Assembly (NCBI GenBank): GCA_035387885.1
Contig: DAOOOW010000001.1
Location: forward strand, 43,392-107,391
Direction: 5' to 3'
Source: a bacterium
Lineage (GTDB): Bacteria > Patescibacteriota > Patescibacteriia > UBA2196
DNA length: 64,000 nucleotides
In this document: in pieces, positions 38,317 through 46,988 of the stretch
Position numbering within the stretch: the stretch's first letter is position 1
Layout: each line of letters opens with the position of its first letter
Notes under the pieces: generated by a model
Database searches by the model: none
Told to the model about the DNA's origin: nothing
Seen by the model: only the letters and a program-made list of their open reading frames with translations
Made by a program: the position numbers and the translations under genes

Positions 38317-39141
38317 ATGAACCAAACTACTGCAGAAAATTTAATGAAAATTACCCAAGAATCCTATCAAAAAATTGCGTCTAGTTTTTCTGAAACCAGA
38401 AATTTTTCTTGGGTAGAAATTGATTTAGCCATTGAAAAATATTTGAAAAATAATTGCAAAATTTTAGATTTAGGTTGCGGTAATGGACGTCTGTTATTAT
38501 CTCTAAAAAAATATTTAGAAAATTTTGATTATACTGGTGTGGATAGTTGCCTAGAGTTAATTAAAAAAGCACAATTATCTTTTGCTTCATCGCAATTATC
38601 ACCTTTGTCATTCCCGCGAAAGCGGGAATCCAGAAACATTGCTTTTGAGCGTGGTGATATTTTAAACTTAACTAACTTTGCAGATAATTCCTTTGATTGT
38701 GTCTTTATGATCGCTAGTTTTAACCATGTTGCCAGTGTTGAACTACGCGAAAAATTATTATTAGATGTTAAAAGAGTCTTAAAACCAAATGGATTTTTAA
38801 TTATGACCAACTGGAATTTGTGGAATGTGTATAACAAAAAATCAGTCTGGTCTTATATACTGTCATCCCGAGTGGAGTTCCAACGAAGTCTGGGCGGAAC
38901 CGAGGGATCTCATATTTTTTCTGGATTCCCGATTAGATCGGGAATGACAATAAAAGATGTTCTCACTTTCTGGCAAAATCAATCCCCTATTTATTATCAC
39001 GCCTTCACCTTACGAGAATTAAAAAAACTTTTGCCAAAAACAAATTTTAAAATTTTAGCCAATTATTATGTTAAGGACGGTCAAAAATCTTTTTGGTTTA
39101 ATGGTAAAAATATTTTAACTATTGGCCAAAAAATAATATAA
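38317..39141 (+). CDS. Class I SAM methyltransferase, Trm9/ALKBH8-like, with two in-frame palindrome insertions
   Basis: YQKIASSFSETR..W, ILDLGCGNGR, RVLKPNG, DVLTFW, YYHAF..EL. Confidence 0.85.
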   Translation: MNQTTAENLMKITQESYQKIASSFSETRNFSWVEIDLAIEKYLKNNCKILDLGCGNGRLLLSLKKYLENFDYTGVDSCLELIKKAQLSFASSQLSPLSFPRKRESRNIAFERGDILNLTNFADNSFDCVFMIASFNHVASVELREKLLLDVKRVLKPNGFLIMTNWNLWNVYNKKSVWSYILSSRVEFQRSLGGTEGSHIFSGFPIRSGMTIKDVLTFWQNQSPIYYHAFTLRELKKLLPKTNFKILANYYVKDGQKSFWFNGKNILTIGQKII

Positions 39142-39204
39142 ACTAATTGATTTATTTTACTATAAATAAAAAACCCGCGGCGTAGTTCAACCGCGGGAAT
39201 TTTT

Positions 39205-39531
39205 CTACCAAAGACACTTCTCAGTGTCTTTGGAAGGAGGAACTGCTTCGAGAGGTATGACTACCTCTCGAATCTCTCTGGGGCCTTCAACCCCAGAGGA
39301 GAGTATGTGCAACGCAAGCGAAACGGTTGCGTTGCACATACTTAGTGGTTTAATTACCAAAACTTTTTTTTCTCCGTCACAACTGACGGAGAAAAAATTT
39401 TTTGTCTCCTCCTCTTCTGTCGCGAGGAGGAATATTACAACCTGGGCCACCCACTTGAGGCCCTCAGAGTAAGGGGGCTTGCCGCCCTCCTCTCTGAATC
39501 GAGCAACCATTTCGCGTGCTGCCTGAATCAT
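39205..39531 (-). CDS. Hypothetical orphan protein downstream of the structured leader
   Basis: SD AGGAG; higher GC than neighbours; terminator CCCGCGG..CCGCGGG near 39174-39198. Confidence 0.6.
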   Translation of the reverse strand: MIQAAREMVARFREEGGKPPYSEGLKWVAQVVIFLLATEEEETKNFFSVSCDGEKKVLVIKPLSMCNATVSLALHILSSGVEGPREIREVVIPLEAVPPSKDTEKCLW

Positions 39532-39563
39532 GCTATTTCTCCTTTTTTCTCCCACCAGCCCCA

Positions 39564-39653
39564 TGCCAGTAGGCTACTGCCTTAAAGTTATCGAGCAAAT
39601 AAGACCAAAAGATTTTATCCGCTCTTAGTTTTTAAGGCATAAGTCTACTGGCA
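39564..39653 (-). ncRNA. 90-nt leader hairpin, copy 1 (identical to 61317-61406)
   Basis: TGCCAGTAG/CTACTGGCA, TGCCTTAAA/TTTAAGGCA and GAGCGGATAA/TTATTTGCTC stems. Confidence 0.7.
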
Positions 39654-39862
39654 AATAAATTTTAAAGGTGCTCTTTTTATTTAAATTAATTATCAAAATT
39701 TTTACTGCTTTATCTAACACTATAATTATCACATTTTTATCAAAAAGTGTCATTTCTGTCGACAAAATTATTAACTTGCTATTTTATTTTGCTTATATTA
39801 TAATAAAAATGAATAAATTTTTTGTCGAAATTTTCGACAAAAAACCCTAAAAACTAAAATTT

Positions 39863-40606
39863 ATGTTAGATAAAAAACTTATCCACACCCTTATTAAAAT
39901 TGGTTTAAATGAAAAAGAAGCCGAAATCTATCTGTCCTCTTTAGCTTTAGGTCCTAGCACAGTCGCTAAAATTAGCCAATCCTCTCAAATAAAACGCACT
40001 ACTGTGTATTCAGTAATTGAATCTCTAAAAGAAAAAGGGCTAATGTCTATCCAATTAAAAGGTTTCAAACAATTCTATGTGGCTGAAAAACCAGATAAAT
40101 TAGCAGATTTTTTAGAAGAAAGAAAAAAAACCCTTAAAAACGCTCTACCACAATTCGAATCTCTATATCAAATGAAAGGCATAGAAAGCGTTATTAAGCA
40201 TTATGAAGGTCTAAACAACATTAAAAGCTTATACAACAGCGTTTTAGCTGATTTAAAATTTAAAGATGATTATTTAACCATCTCTGATACTAAACGTTGG
40301 CTAGCTCAAGATGAAGAATTTTTTAATGATTTTATTAAAAAAAGAGCTAAACACAGAGCCAGAGTTCGTTTGCTTTTACAAGACAATGAAGTGGCTCAAA
40401 ACTTTAAACAATTTCAAAGAAACTATGGTATTGAAGTCAAAATATTGCCTATGGACACAGAGTTAAACACTAATTTGCTGGTTGTTCCTAAACAACTAAT
40501 TATTCAGCAATTAACCATACCCTATGAAGCTGTGGCTATAGAAAATCAAAATATAATTAATATGGGCAAGCAACTGTTTGAAATTATTTGGTCAACCTGC
40601 AAATAA
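39863..40606 (+). CDS. TrmB-family transcriptional regulator
   Basis: GLNEKEAEIYL, IKRTTVYSVIESLKEKGL; upstream palindrome TTTGTCGAAATTTTCGACAAA (39821-39841). Confidence 0.88.
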   Translation: MLDKKLIHTLIKIGLNEKEAEIYLSSLALGPSTVAKISQSSQIKRTTVYSVIESLKEKGLMSIQLKGFKQFYVAEKPDKLADFLEERKKTLKNALPQFESLYQMKGIESVIKHYEGLNNIKSLYNSVLADLKFKDDYLTISDTKRWLAQDEEFFNDFIKKRAKHRARVRLLLQDNEVAQNFKQFQRNYGIEVKILPMDTELNTNLLVVPKQLIIQQLTIPYEAVAIENQNIINMGKQLFEIIWSTCK

Positions 40607-40653
40607 AAAAGCCGAGATGTTGCCACCTCGGCCGTACTGCTGACTCGTCATCA

Positions 40654-41235
40654 TTAGAATGTGTGTTTCAACGCTGCCATGAATAACGGCGTTTTTTTAT
40701 CTAGGTTATAGGTTGCCGACAAAATAATTTTTTCATTACCACAAGGCAAAGAATAATTTATCGTCGGCATATGCGCTGGTTTTTCATCCAGGTAGTGCAA
40801 CACAGAGAAACCTGCACCAAAATTACCAGCTACAACATCCACAGAATGATATGCAAAACAGAAATTCGCCTTCCAAGTCGGTTTCAATACTTCACCAGCC
40901 ATTACACCAAACCAGCTGGTGAACGTTACAAACTTGGCAAAGTTTGGGGTGTAACCGACAAATGGCCCAGCCCAGACCGTTTTATAATAGACCCCAAAGC
41001 TAGGACCTACTGAAATCCCTGAGGGCAGATTTTTTAAAAAAATAAATTGCCCCAAGGTGCTGTTGAACTCGGCCATTAAAAGTATACTTTTTGCCGAATC
41101 AAGAACAGTTACTGCTCCACCCAGGCCAGAGCTAAGAGCGCTTTGGCCAGATGAAACTTTTATGTCAGTGACTTTTTGGGCCATCACCATGGTGGCAACG
41201 GCCAATACCAGCATCGCGATCATCATCTTTTCCAT
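40654..41235 (-). CDS. Secreted beta-rich protein, resembling an outer-membrane beta-barrel
   Basis: SD GAGGTG; signal peptide ending VMA-Q; alternating aromatic/Gly strands; C-terminal Phe. Confidence 0.6.
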   Translation of the reverse strand: MEKMMIAMLVLAVATMVMAQKVTDIKVSSGQSALSSGLGGAVTVLDSAKSILLMAEFNSTLGQFIFLKNLPSGISVGPSFGVYYKTVWAGPFVGYTPNFAKFVTFTSWFGVMAGEVLKPTWKANFCFAYHSVDVVAGNFGAGFSVLHYLDEKPAHMPTINYSLPCGNEKIILSATYNLDKKTPLFMAALKHTF

Positions 41236-41272
41236 AACCACCTCGTATTTTAGTGAATACTCCTGCCGGACT

Positions 41273-41544
41273 TTCCAGCAGAATAGTGCCTTAATTATTG
41301 TCAAACGATCAAAAGCAATCATACTTTGGTCGTTCTTAGTTTTTAAGGCATAAGTCTGCTGGAAATAAATTTTTAAAGTGCTGTATATCTTTTTATTTGC
41401 CATTCAAAAACTCTTCCTTGTTGTGAGAAGAGTTGAGAGTTATAAATCTAATATCTGGTGCTTTTGAGGAAATTAATCCTCTTGGCACTTTTTCTCTCTT
41501 CTCATTCTCTATTACTAGAATAGCATTTTAAAGGTATTTGTCAA
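41273..41544 (-). promoter_or_regulatory. Promoter, attenuator-like module, boxA-like motif and hairpin leader (copy 2)
   Basis: TTGACA-16-TATTCT with extended -10 TG; AGAGAATGAGAAGAG...CTCTTCTC; terminator AACTCTTC..GAAGAGTTTTT; AGCACTTTAAAAA; hairpin 41273-41364. Confidence 0.7.
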
Positions 41545-41661
41545 TAATTATGCCACATTTAAAAATGTTCTAATGGCTTAAGTTAGGCAATAATACCTTA
41601 TTTAATAAGACATGTTGTCAGAATTATTGACACATTTAAGAAAATTTGCTATACTTTATAT

Positions 41662-42393
41662 ATGGAAATAGAAGAAAAATTATTAGTTGATTTGGGGCTT
41701 TCCCCAACCGAAAGCAGAGTGTACCTAGCTGTTTTAGAGTTAAATAGCAGTACAGTCTTAAACATTGCCAAAAAAGCAGGCATCAAAAGACCAACCTGCT
41801 ATTTAAATTTGGATAATTTAGTAATCAAAGGCTATGTCACGAGAATTGAAAAACACAGTACCACTTTGTATACAGCAGAAAAACCAAGTTTTATTTTAAA
41901 TAAATATAAGGAAAAAATAGAAAACTTTAAAGATTTACTGCCTTTTTATGAAGCGAAATTTAATCGCGGTCCCAAGCCAAAGATTAGATATTATGAGGGT
42001 AAAGAAGAAATTTGGAATATTTATACAAAAATCATTTTTCCCTCTGAAGAACTGTATTTTTTTGGCACCGACATACAAAAAATAGAGAAAAACTTTCCCA
42101 ACCTGCTTGATTATTGGTTAAAGAAATTTTCTTCTAAAAATAAAAAAATGATGGAAATTGTTTCTTTTAATGAAGCCGGCTTTAAATACATGACCAAATA
42201 TAAAAAAAATCACCTCATAAAAATTATGCCAGCCAATCTGCCGGTTTTTGCTGATTCGGTTATTACAGAAAATAAAATTTTTATTATTTCTCTGAAAAAT
42301 CTTTTTGGGGTTTTGATTGAATCAGAAGACTTGGCCAAGACTTATAAAAATTTTTTCTTACTGGCTTGGCAAGCGGCTAAAAAAATGAAATAA
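41662..42393 (+). CDS. TrmB-family transcriptional regulator
   Basis: GLSPTESRVYL, IKRPTCYLNL, KPKIRYYEG. Confidence 0.88.
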   Translation: MEIEEKLLVDLGLSPTESRVYLAVLELNSSTVLNIAKKAGIKRPTCYLNLDNLVIKGYVTRIEKHSTTLYTAEKPSFILNKYKEKIENFKDLLPFYEAKFNRGPKPKIRYYEGKEEIWNIYTKIIFPSEELYFFGTDIQKIEKNFPNLLDYWLKKFSSKNKKMMEIVSFNEAGFKYMTKYKKNHLIKIMPANLPVFADSVITENKIFIISLKNLFGVLIESEDLAKTYKNFFLLAWQAAKKMK

Positions 42394-42398
42394 ATTTT

Positions 42399-42769
42399 TG
42401 TTCCATATAGAACATTTAAAATAAAGTTTTCCACCAAAAATCTCTATTTAAGGCACTTTTCCACAAATTGTCTACACTAGTGTAGACAATTTTTATTTTA
42501 GCAAAAATAAGCCTTTAAATGTTCCATGTAGAACATTTAAAATAAAGTTTTCCACCAAAATGGCTTTTTTTTACCACTTATACACATTTTGTCTACACAC
42601 GTCTAGACATTTTATTAATTTTCACTCAATCACAACCAGTTTTTACTCTTGTCAGCTAGTTCTTTTTTTTTAAGATAATATTATTTAAAAAAATAAAGTT
42701 TACCCATCGGGGTTTAATTTTATTGTTAAATAATTGCAGTATGATAAACATTTTGTTCCATGTAGAACA
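42399..42769. promoter_or_regulatory. Three parS-like sites
   Basis: TGTTCCATRTAGAACA at 42399, 42520 and 42754, close to parS consensus TGTTNCACGTGAAACA and near dnaA. Confidence 0.7.
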
Positions 42770-43120
42770 ATTTTAATTATTTTGGCAGATATTTATTCTA
42801 AATTAGGCATTTTCATAAAAATTGAATTTTTATGAAAAAATGCCTTTTTTTAGTCTTTTTGTTTATTATTAGCCAAAATCACCATTTTTCCAAAAAAAAT
42901 TGAATTTTTATGAAAAAAGAGTGTTTTTTACTTAAATTAGCCATTTTAGTCATTTTTCCAAAAAAATCCATCGTTTGACAAAATTAAATAAATATTTTTT
43001 TATTTAAAAAATGTCTACACAGGTCTAGACATTTTATTTTTTAATATTTTTTATCTAAAATTTTTTAAACCACCAACAAGTGGTGGTTTAAAATAAAAAA
43101 TAATTATTTATAATCAACTT

Positions 43121-43194
43121 TGGTGGACTTAGGCAGAATTGAACTGCCGTCTCCGCAATGCGAATGCGATGTATTACCACTATACGATAAGCCC
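43121..43194 (-). tRNA. tRNA-Ala(CGC)
   Basis: G3-U70 pair, TTCGCAT loop, encoded CCA. Confidence 0.92.
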
Positions 43195-43232
43195 GGTTTA
43201 ATAAAATTGTTGGAAAATTAACTCTAAAAAAT

Positions 43233-43304
43233 TGTCCTCGGAGGGAATCGAACCCCCATCTGTCCCTTAGGACGGGATTATTCTATCCATTGAACTACAA
43301 GGAC
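43233..43304 (-). tRNA. tRNA-Arg(CCT)
   Basis: TCCC-GTCCTAA-GGGA anticodon arm. Confidence 0.9.
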
Positions 43305-43471
43305 ATACACAAATATTAAAAAATAATATTATTATATTATCATTTGCTTTACAAAAAATCAAAAAAAACATAAGATAAAATTGATTATTTATAATTTAAA
43401 AAATATTTTTTAACCTCTAAATATTAAAAATTTACTTTTAGTTCTTAAGTAAGAACTAAAACCATAAAATT

Positions 43472-43846
43472 ATGTCAAAAGAAAATTTTAAAGATGTGGA
43501 AACAATTATTGGTCCATCTGTTAAAGTAGAAGGCGATTTTAATGCTGATGGTAATGTAATTATTGAAGGACAAATGCTGGGCTCTTTTAAAACTCAAAAA
43601 TCTTTGCGCGTGGGTGAAGAAGCAATTATTAAAGCTGCTATAGAGGCAGAAAATGCTTGGGTGGGAGGACAAATTGAAGGCAACTTAATTATTAAAAACC
43701 ATTTGGAATTATCCAGTAAAGCCAGAATTAGGGGTGATATTCAAGCACAAATTTTAACCATGGAAACAGGCGCTCAAATTAATGGTCAAATAAAAATGAA
43801 TGGCGAAGATACTGTGTTTAAAACAATGAATGAGGAAGAAGAGTAG
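43472..43846 (+). CDS. Bactofilin (polymer-forming cytoskeletal protein)
   Basis: ETIIGPSVKVEGDF...IRGDIQAQILTMETGAQING. Confidence 0.9.
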   Translation: MSKENFKDVETIIGPSVKVEGDFNADGNVIIEGQMLGSFKTQKSLRVGEEAIIKAAIEAENAWVGGQIEGNLIIKNHLELSSKARIRGDIQAQILTMETGAQINGQIKMNGEDTVFKTMNEEEE

Positions 43847-43933
43847 TTACAAATGCTAAATATCAAATTTCCAACTACCAATTAAAAAAATATTTTTTTG
43901 AAATTTGTCATTTGGATTTTGACGTTTATTTCT

Positions 43934-44728
43934 ATGTATTATTATATCTACGATCAATTTTTAAGCCAAAAAAAATACGATAAAATTTTGACTCAAATAG
44001 AAAGTAAAATTACAGACTTGGGTATTAAAGACAGAATAATTAAAATGTCCATTTTAAAAAGCGTTAAAGAACTAGTGACAGATGCCATTAGAAAAGGAGC
44101 TAAAAATATTATCGCTGTGGGCAATGATCAAACCATCAACCAAGTGGTTAATTTAGTTGCCAATCAAGAGGTTATAGTAGGCATAATTCCTATTGATAAA
44201 ATCAATAATCGTATTGCCAATTTTTTGGGTATTGATGATCCGCTAGAGGCCTGTGAAATTATCGCCGCCAGAAAAGTTGAGACTATTAATTTGGGCGAGG
44301 TTAATAATGATTATTTTATTAATTCCATTAAAATCCATGACAATAATTTAACTTTAAACTGCGACGAAAAATTCAAACTTTCTTTAACCAATAAAAATAA
44401 TTTAATTAGTATTTATAATTTTTCACCGGAATTTAATACTAATTTAAATGACCAAAATTTTTTTAACCCCAAGGATGTTTTTTTAGAAGTAATTGTGGAG
44501 CGTAAACCCAATGCTTCTTTGGATAAATTTTTTCAATCTTTATTAAAAACAGAAAAAAAACAACTCCCGGAAAGTATTTTTAGAGTTAAAAAAATAAATA
44601 TTAAAAATCCACTTAATAAAAGTGGATCCGTCTTGGTTGATAATTTTAAAATTCTTAAAACACCCTTAGATATTAAAATATCGACTAAAAAACTTAAAAT
44701 AATTGTGGGGAAAAAAAGAAAATTCTAA
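43934..44728 (+). CDS. Diacylglycerol kinase catalytic-domain family protein
   Basis: IIAVGNDQT, VGIIPI, N.IA..LGI. Confidence 0.75.
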   Translation: MYYYIYDQFLSQKKYDKILTQIESKITDLGIKDRIIKMSILKSVKELVTDAIRKGAKNIIAVGNDQTINQVVNLVANQEVIVGIIPIDKINNRIANFLGIDDPLEACEIIAARKVETINLGEVNNDYFINSIKIHDNNLTLNCDEKFKLSLTNKNNLISIYNFSPEFNTNLNDQNFFNPKDVFLEVIVERKPNASLDKFFQSLLKTEKKQLPESIFRVKKINIKNPLNKSGSVLVDNFKILKTPLDIKISTKKLKIIVGKKRKF

Positions 44729-44786
44729 CTATTGTTTAATCTGCTCAACTCACCTTCGCCTGTTATTAAAAATTTTTTATTAAAAT

Positions 44787-45095
44787 TTATTTTTTCTTCA
44801 TTAAAGCCCCGGCCACAGCTTTTTTCTTAAGAGGATTTTTAATCCTCTCTTTTATTTCCTCGGTAAGACTATTATCATCAACAATCATTTTTTCTAAACT
44901 AATATCTACCACCTGTCCTCGACTAATTATTAATTCTTCAGTAATTAAACCCCTAATTAAACCTTCTGGTTTAATAGTATATTCCACAACGCTTTGTGAA
45001 TCTATTTGAATATTAAAACTTTGAATAGTGCCTAATTTTTGGCCACTTTGTGTTTCCACTTTAAGTCCAATCAATTGTTTATTAGTAATTTTCAT
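44787..45095 (-). CDS. PRC-barrel domain protein
   Basis: LIGLKVETQSGQKLGTI. Confidence 0.8.
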   Translation of the reverse strand: MKITNKQLIGLKVETQSGQKLGTIQSFNIQIDSQSVVEYTIKPEGLIRGLITEELIISRGQVVDISLEKMIVDDNSLTEEIKERIKNPLKKKAVAGALMKKK

Positions 45096-45098
45096 ATT

Positions 45099-45836
45099 TT
45101 ATTTTTTATCAATAATTTCTAGCGTTACTTTTTTCTTAAACAGATATAGTTGTTGGATACCCGTCAAAAGTGTACTCACAAACCAATAAAGGGTTAAACC
45201 AGCTGGTAAGGAAAAACCAATAAAAATAGTCATTAGAGGCATAAAATAAAGCATTTGTTTATTCATTTTGGCTGCCATATCTTCATCTTTAGCTGTGGCT
45301 ACAGCGGGTTGTTTTTTAGTAATCAACATTTTAGACACCCAATATTGAGCCAAGCCAGCCAAGACCGCCAAAATTATATTAGCTTTAGCCAGATCAATTA
45401 AACCAATAAACCAGGTGTTAATTTGACCAGGATTTTGGACAAAACTATATAAAATATCTAAATTTTGATTATTAGTTAAACCTTTACGAAAAACACTGTA
45501 GACAGCAACAAAAAACGGTAATTGGATAATTAAAGGCAAACACGAAGAAAAAGGAGAAATTTTCTCTTGTTTATATAAAGCCATGGTGGCCTTGGTCATT
45601 TCTTGGGGATTATCTTTAAACTTTTGGCGAATTTCTTCCATTTTTGGTTGAAGTTCTTGTAAAGCTTTTTGGGCTTTAATACTTTTAACTGAAAATGGAT
45701 AAAGGACTATTTTAATAACAATAGTAATTAAAATAATAGCAATACCAATATCATGCAAGGGAATAATATTGTAAAACCAAACCAAAAGATTAAAAATTGG
45801 TTGGTAAAGTATGGTATGATAAAGTTGGGTGAACAT
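45099..45836 (-). CDS. yidC: Membrane protein insertase YidC
   Basis: GIAIILITIVIK, SCLPLIIQLPF, LPAGLTLYW. Confidence 0.95.
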   Translation of the reverse strand: MFTQLYHTILYQPIFNLLVWFYNIIPLHDIGIAIILITIVIKIVLYPFSVKSIKAQKALQELQPKMEEIRQKFKDNPQEMTKATMALYKQEKISPFSSCLPLIIQLPFFVAVYSVFRKGLTNNQNLDILYSFVQNPGQINTWFIGLIDLAKANIILAVLAGLAQYWVSKMLITKKQPAVATAKDEDMAAKMNKQMLYFMPLMTIFIGFSLPAGLTLYWFVSTLLTGIQQLYLFKKKVTLEIIDKK

Positions 45837-45900
45837 ATAGAATTTATTATAACATTATTTATTTCTTTAAACAATTATTTGCTAATATTAGCTGTCTAAA

Positions 45901-46134
45901 TTACTTAATTGGATCATAACCACCTTTAGAAAAGGGGTGGCAGCGCAAAATTCTTTTAATCCCTTTAATACCACCCAATATAACACCATATTTGTCAATA
46001 GCTAAATACATATATTCAGAGCAAGTTGGCCTAAATTTACAAAATCCATAAGGTTTAAGAAATTTTAAAAATCCATGATCTAAAGACAAGGTTGTTTGAT
46101 ACAGAAGAATTAGTTTAAGAATGACGTATTTCAC
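45901..46134 (-). CDS. yidD: Membrane protein insertion efficiency factor
   Basis: [25 protein letters not shown]. Confidence 0.95.
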   Translation of the reverse strand: MKYVILKLILLYQTTLSLDHGFLKFLKPYGFCKFRPTCSEYMYLAIDKYGVILGGIKGIKRILRCHPFSKGGYDPIK

Positions 46135-46294
46135 AAAAAAATTTAATTTTAAATTTTAAAAAATTTATTCTAATTTTAGCCAAATAATAATCAAAATCGC
46201 CTATCAACGATTAATTAACCGCCCTCTCCGAGCCCGTAAGCTATCGGGCTCTAGATGCCCCGCCTTCAAAAGTCGGGAATTAAAAAAAGCCAAA

Positions 46295-46624
46295 TTATAG
46301 CCACAAATTGGATTTTTTATATAAAAAATCTATTTTTTGTGCTATTTCTTGAAAATTAAGTTTTTTAAGACTTTCTTTAGTTAAAAACATTAAATCATAG
46401 CCTTGTTTAATTTTTTGCTCATTTTTTTGAATAATATTTTTAATTTGTCTTCTTAATTTGTTTCTAACCACAGCTTTTTTATCTACTTGCAAAGATATAA
46501 CTATACCATAGCGATTTTTTCCAAGATTATTTTTAATTAGTTTAAAGCCAAATTCGCTCACAAAAAAGGGTTGGCCAAATTTTGCCACCCTTTCAAAATC
46601 ATTTTTTTTTCTTAAAGTAAGCAT
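46295..46624 (-). CDS. rnpA: RNase P protein component
   Basis: KKAVVRNKLRRQI; synteny. Confidence 0.9.
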   Translation of the reverse strand: MLTLRKKNDFERVAKFGQPFFVSEFGFKLIKNNLGKNRYGIVISLQVDKKAVVRNKLRRQIKNIIQKNEQKIKQGYDLMFLTKESLKKLNFQEIAQKIDFLYKKSNLWL

Positions 46625-46639
46625 AATATTATAGCTAAA

Positions 46640-46780
46640 CTATTGGACAGCCAATCTTTTTCTGCCTTTAGCTCGACGACGATTAATAACATTACGCCCG
46701 TTTTTAGTGGACATTCTTTCTAAAAATCCATGTTCTCTTTGACGTTTAATTTTTGAAGGTTGATAGGTTCTTTTAGACAT
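46640..46780 (-). CDS. rpmH: 50S ribosomal protein L34 (not in ORF track)
   Basis: Translates to [46 protein letters not shown]. Confidence 0.96.
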   Translation of the reverse strand: MSKRTYQPSKIKRQREHGFLERMSTKNGRNVINRRRAKGRKRLAVQ

Positions 46781-46988
46781 ATTTTTTTTAGTTTAAATAT
46801 TTTAAATATTAATTATAATAACATGTTTTAATCTTTTATGTCAATTAATTTTAAAAATCTTGTTTTATACACACTCCTTCCACAAGCTGTTAACTTTTAG
46901 GCATATTGCGCCTATTATCTATTACTGATAAAATATAAGTAACAAAATAAATTTTATTTATTTACTCTGCTTAAGCGGAATTAATTTT

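Noticed and set aside
39564-39653. Integron attC interpretation of the 90-bp hairpin
   Set aside because: No RYYYAAC/GTTRRRY ends, it lies upstream rather than downstream of genes, and no integrase is present.
41236-41403. N-terminal extensions in the ORF track (also 9127-9240, 57391-57429, 43898-43933, 18660-18746)
   Set aside because: They run through leader RNA, tRNA or repeat sequence; downstream ATGs fit the RBS, signal peptide or family start better.
42399-42640. Possible CRISPR array (121-bp periodic repeats)
   Set aside because: Only two periods, the intervening sequences are related rather than unique spacers, and there are no cas genes; better explained by parS and operator motifs.
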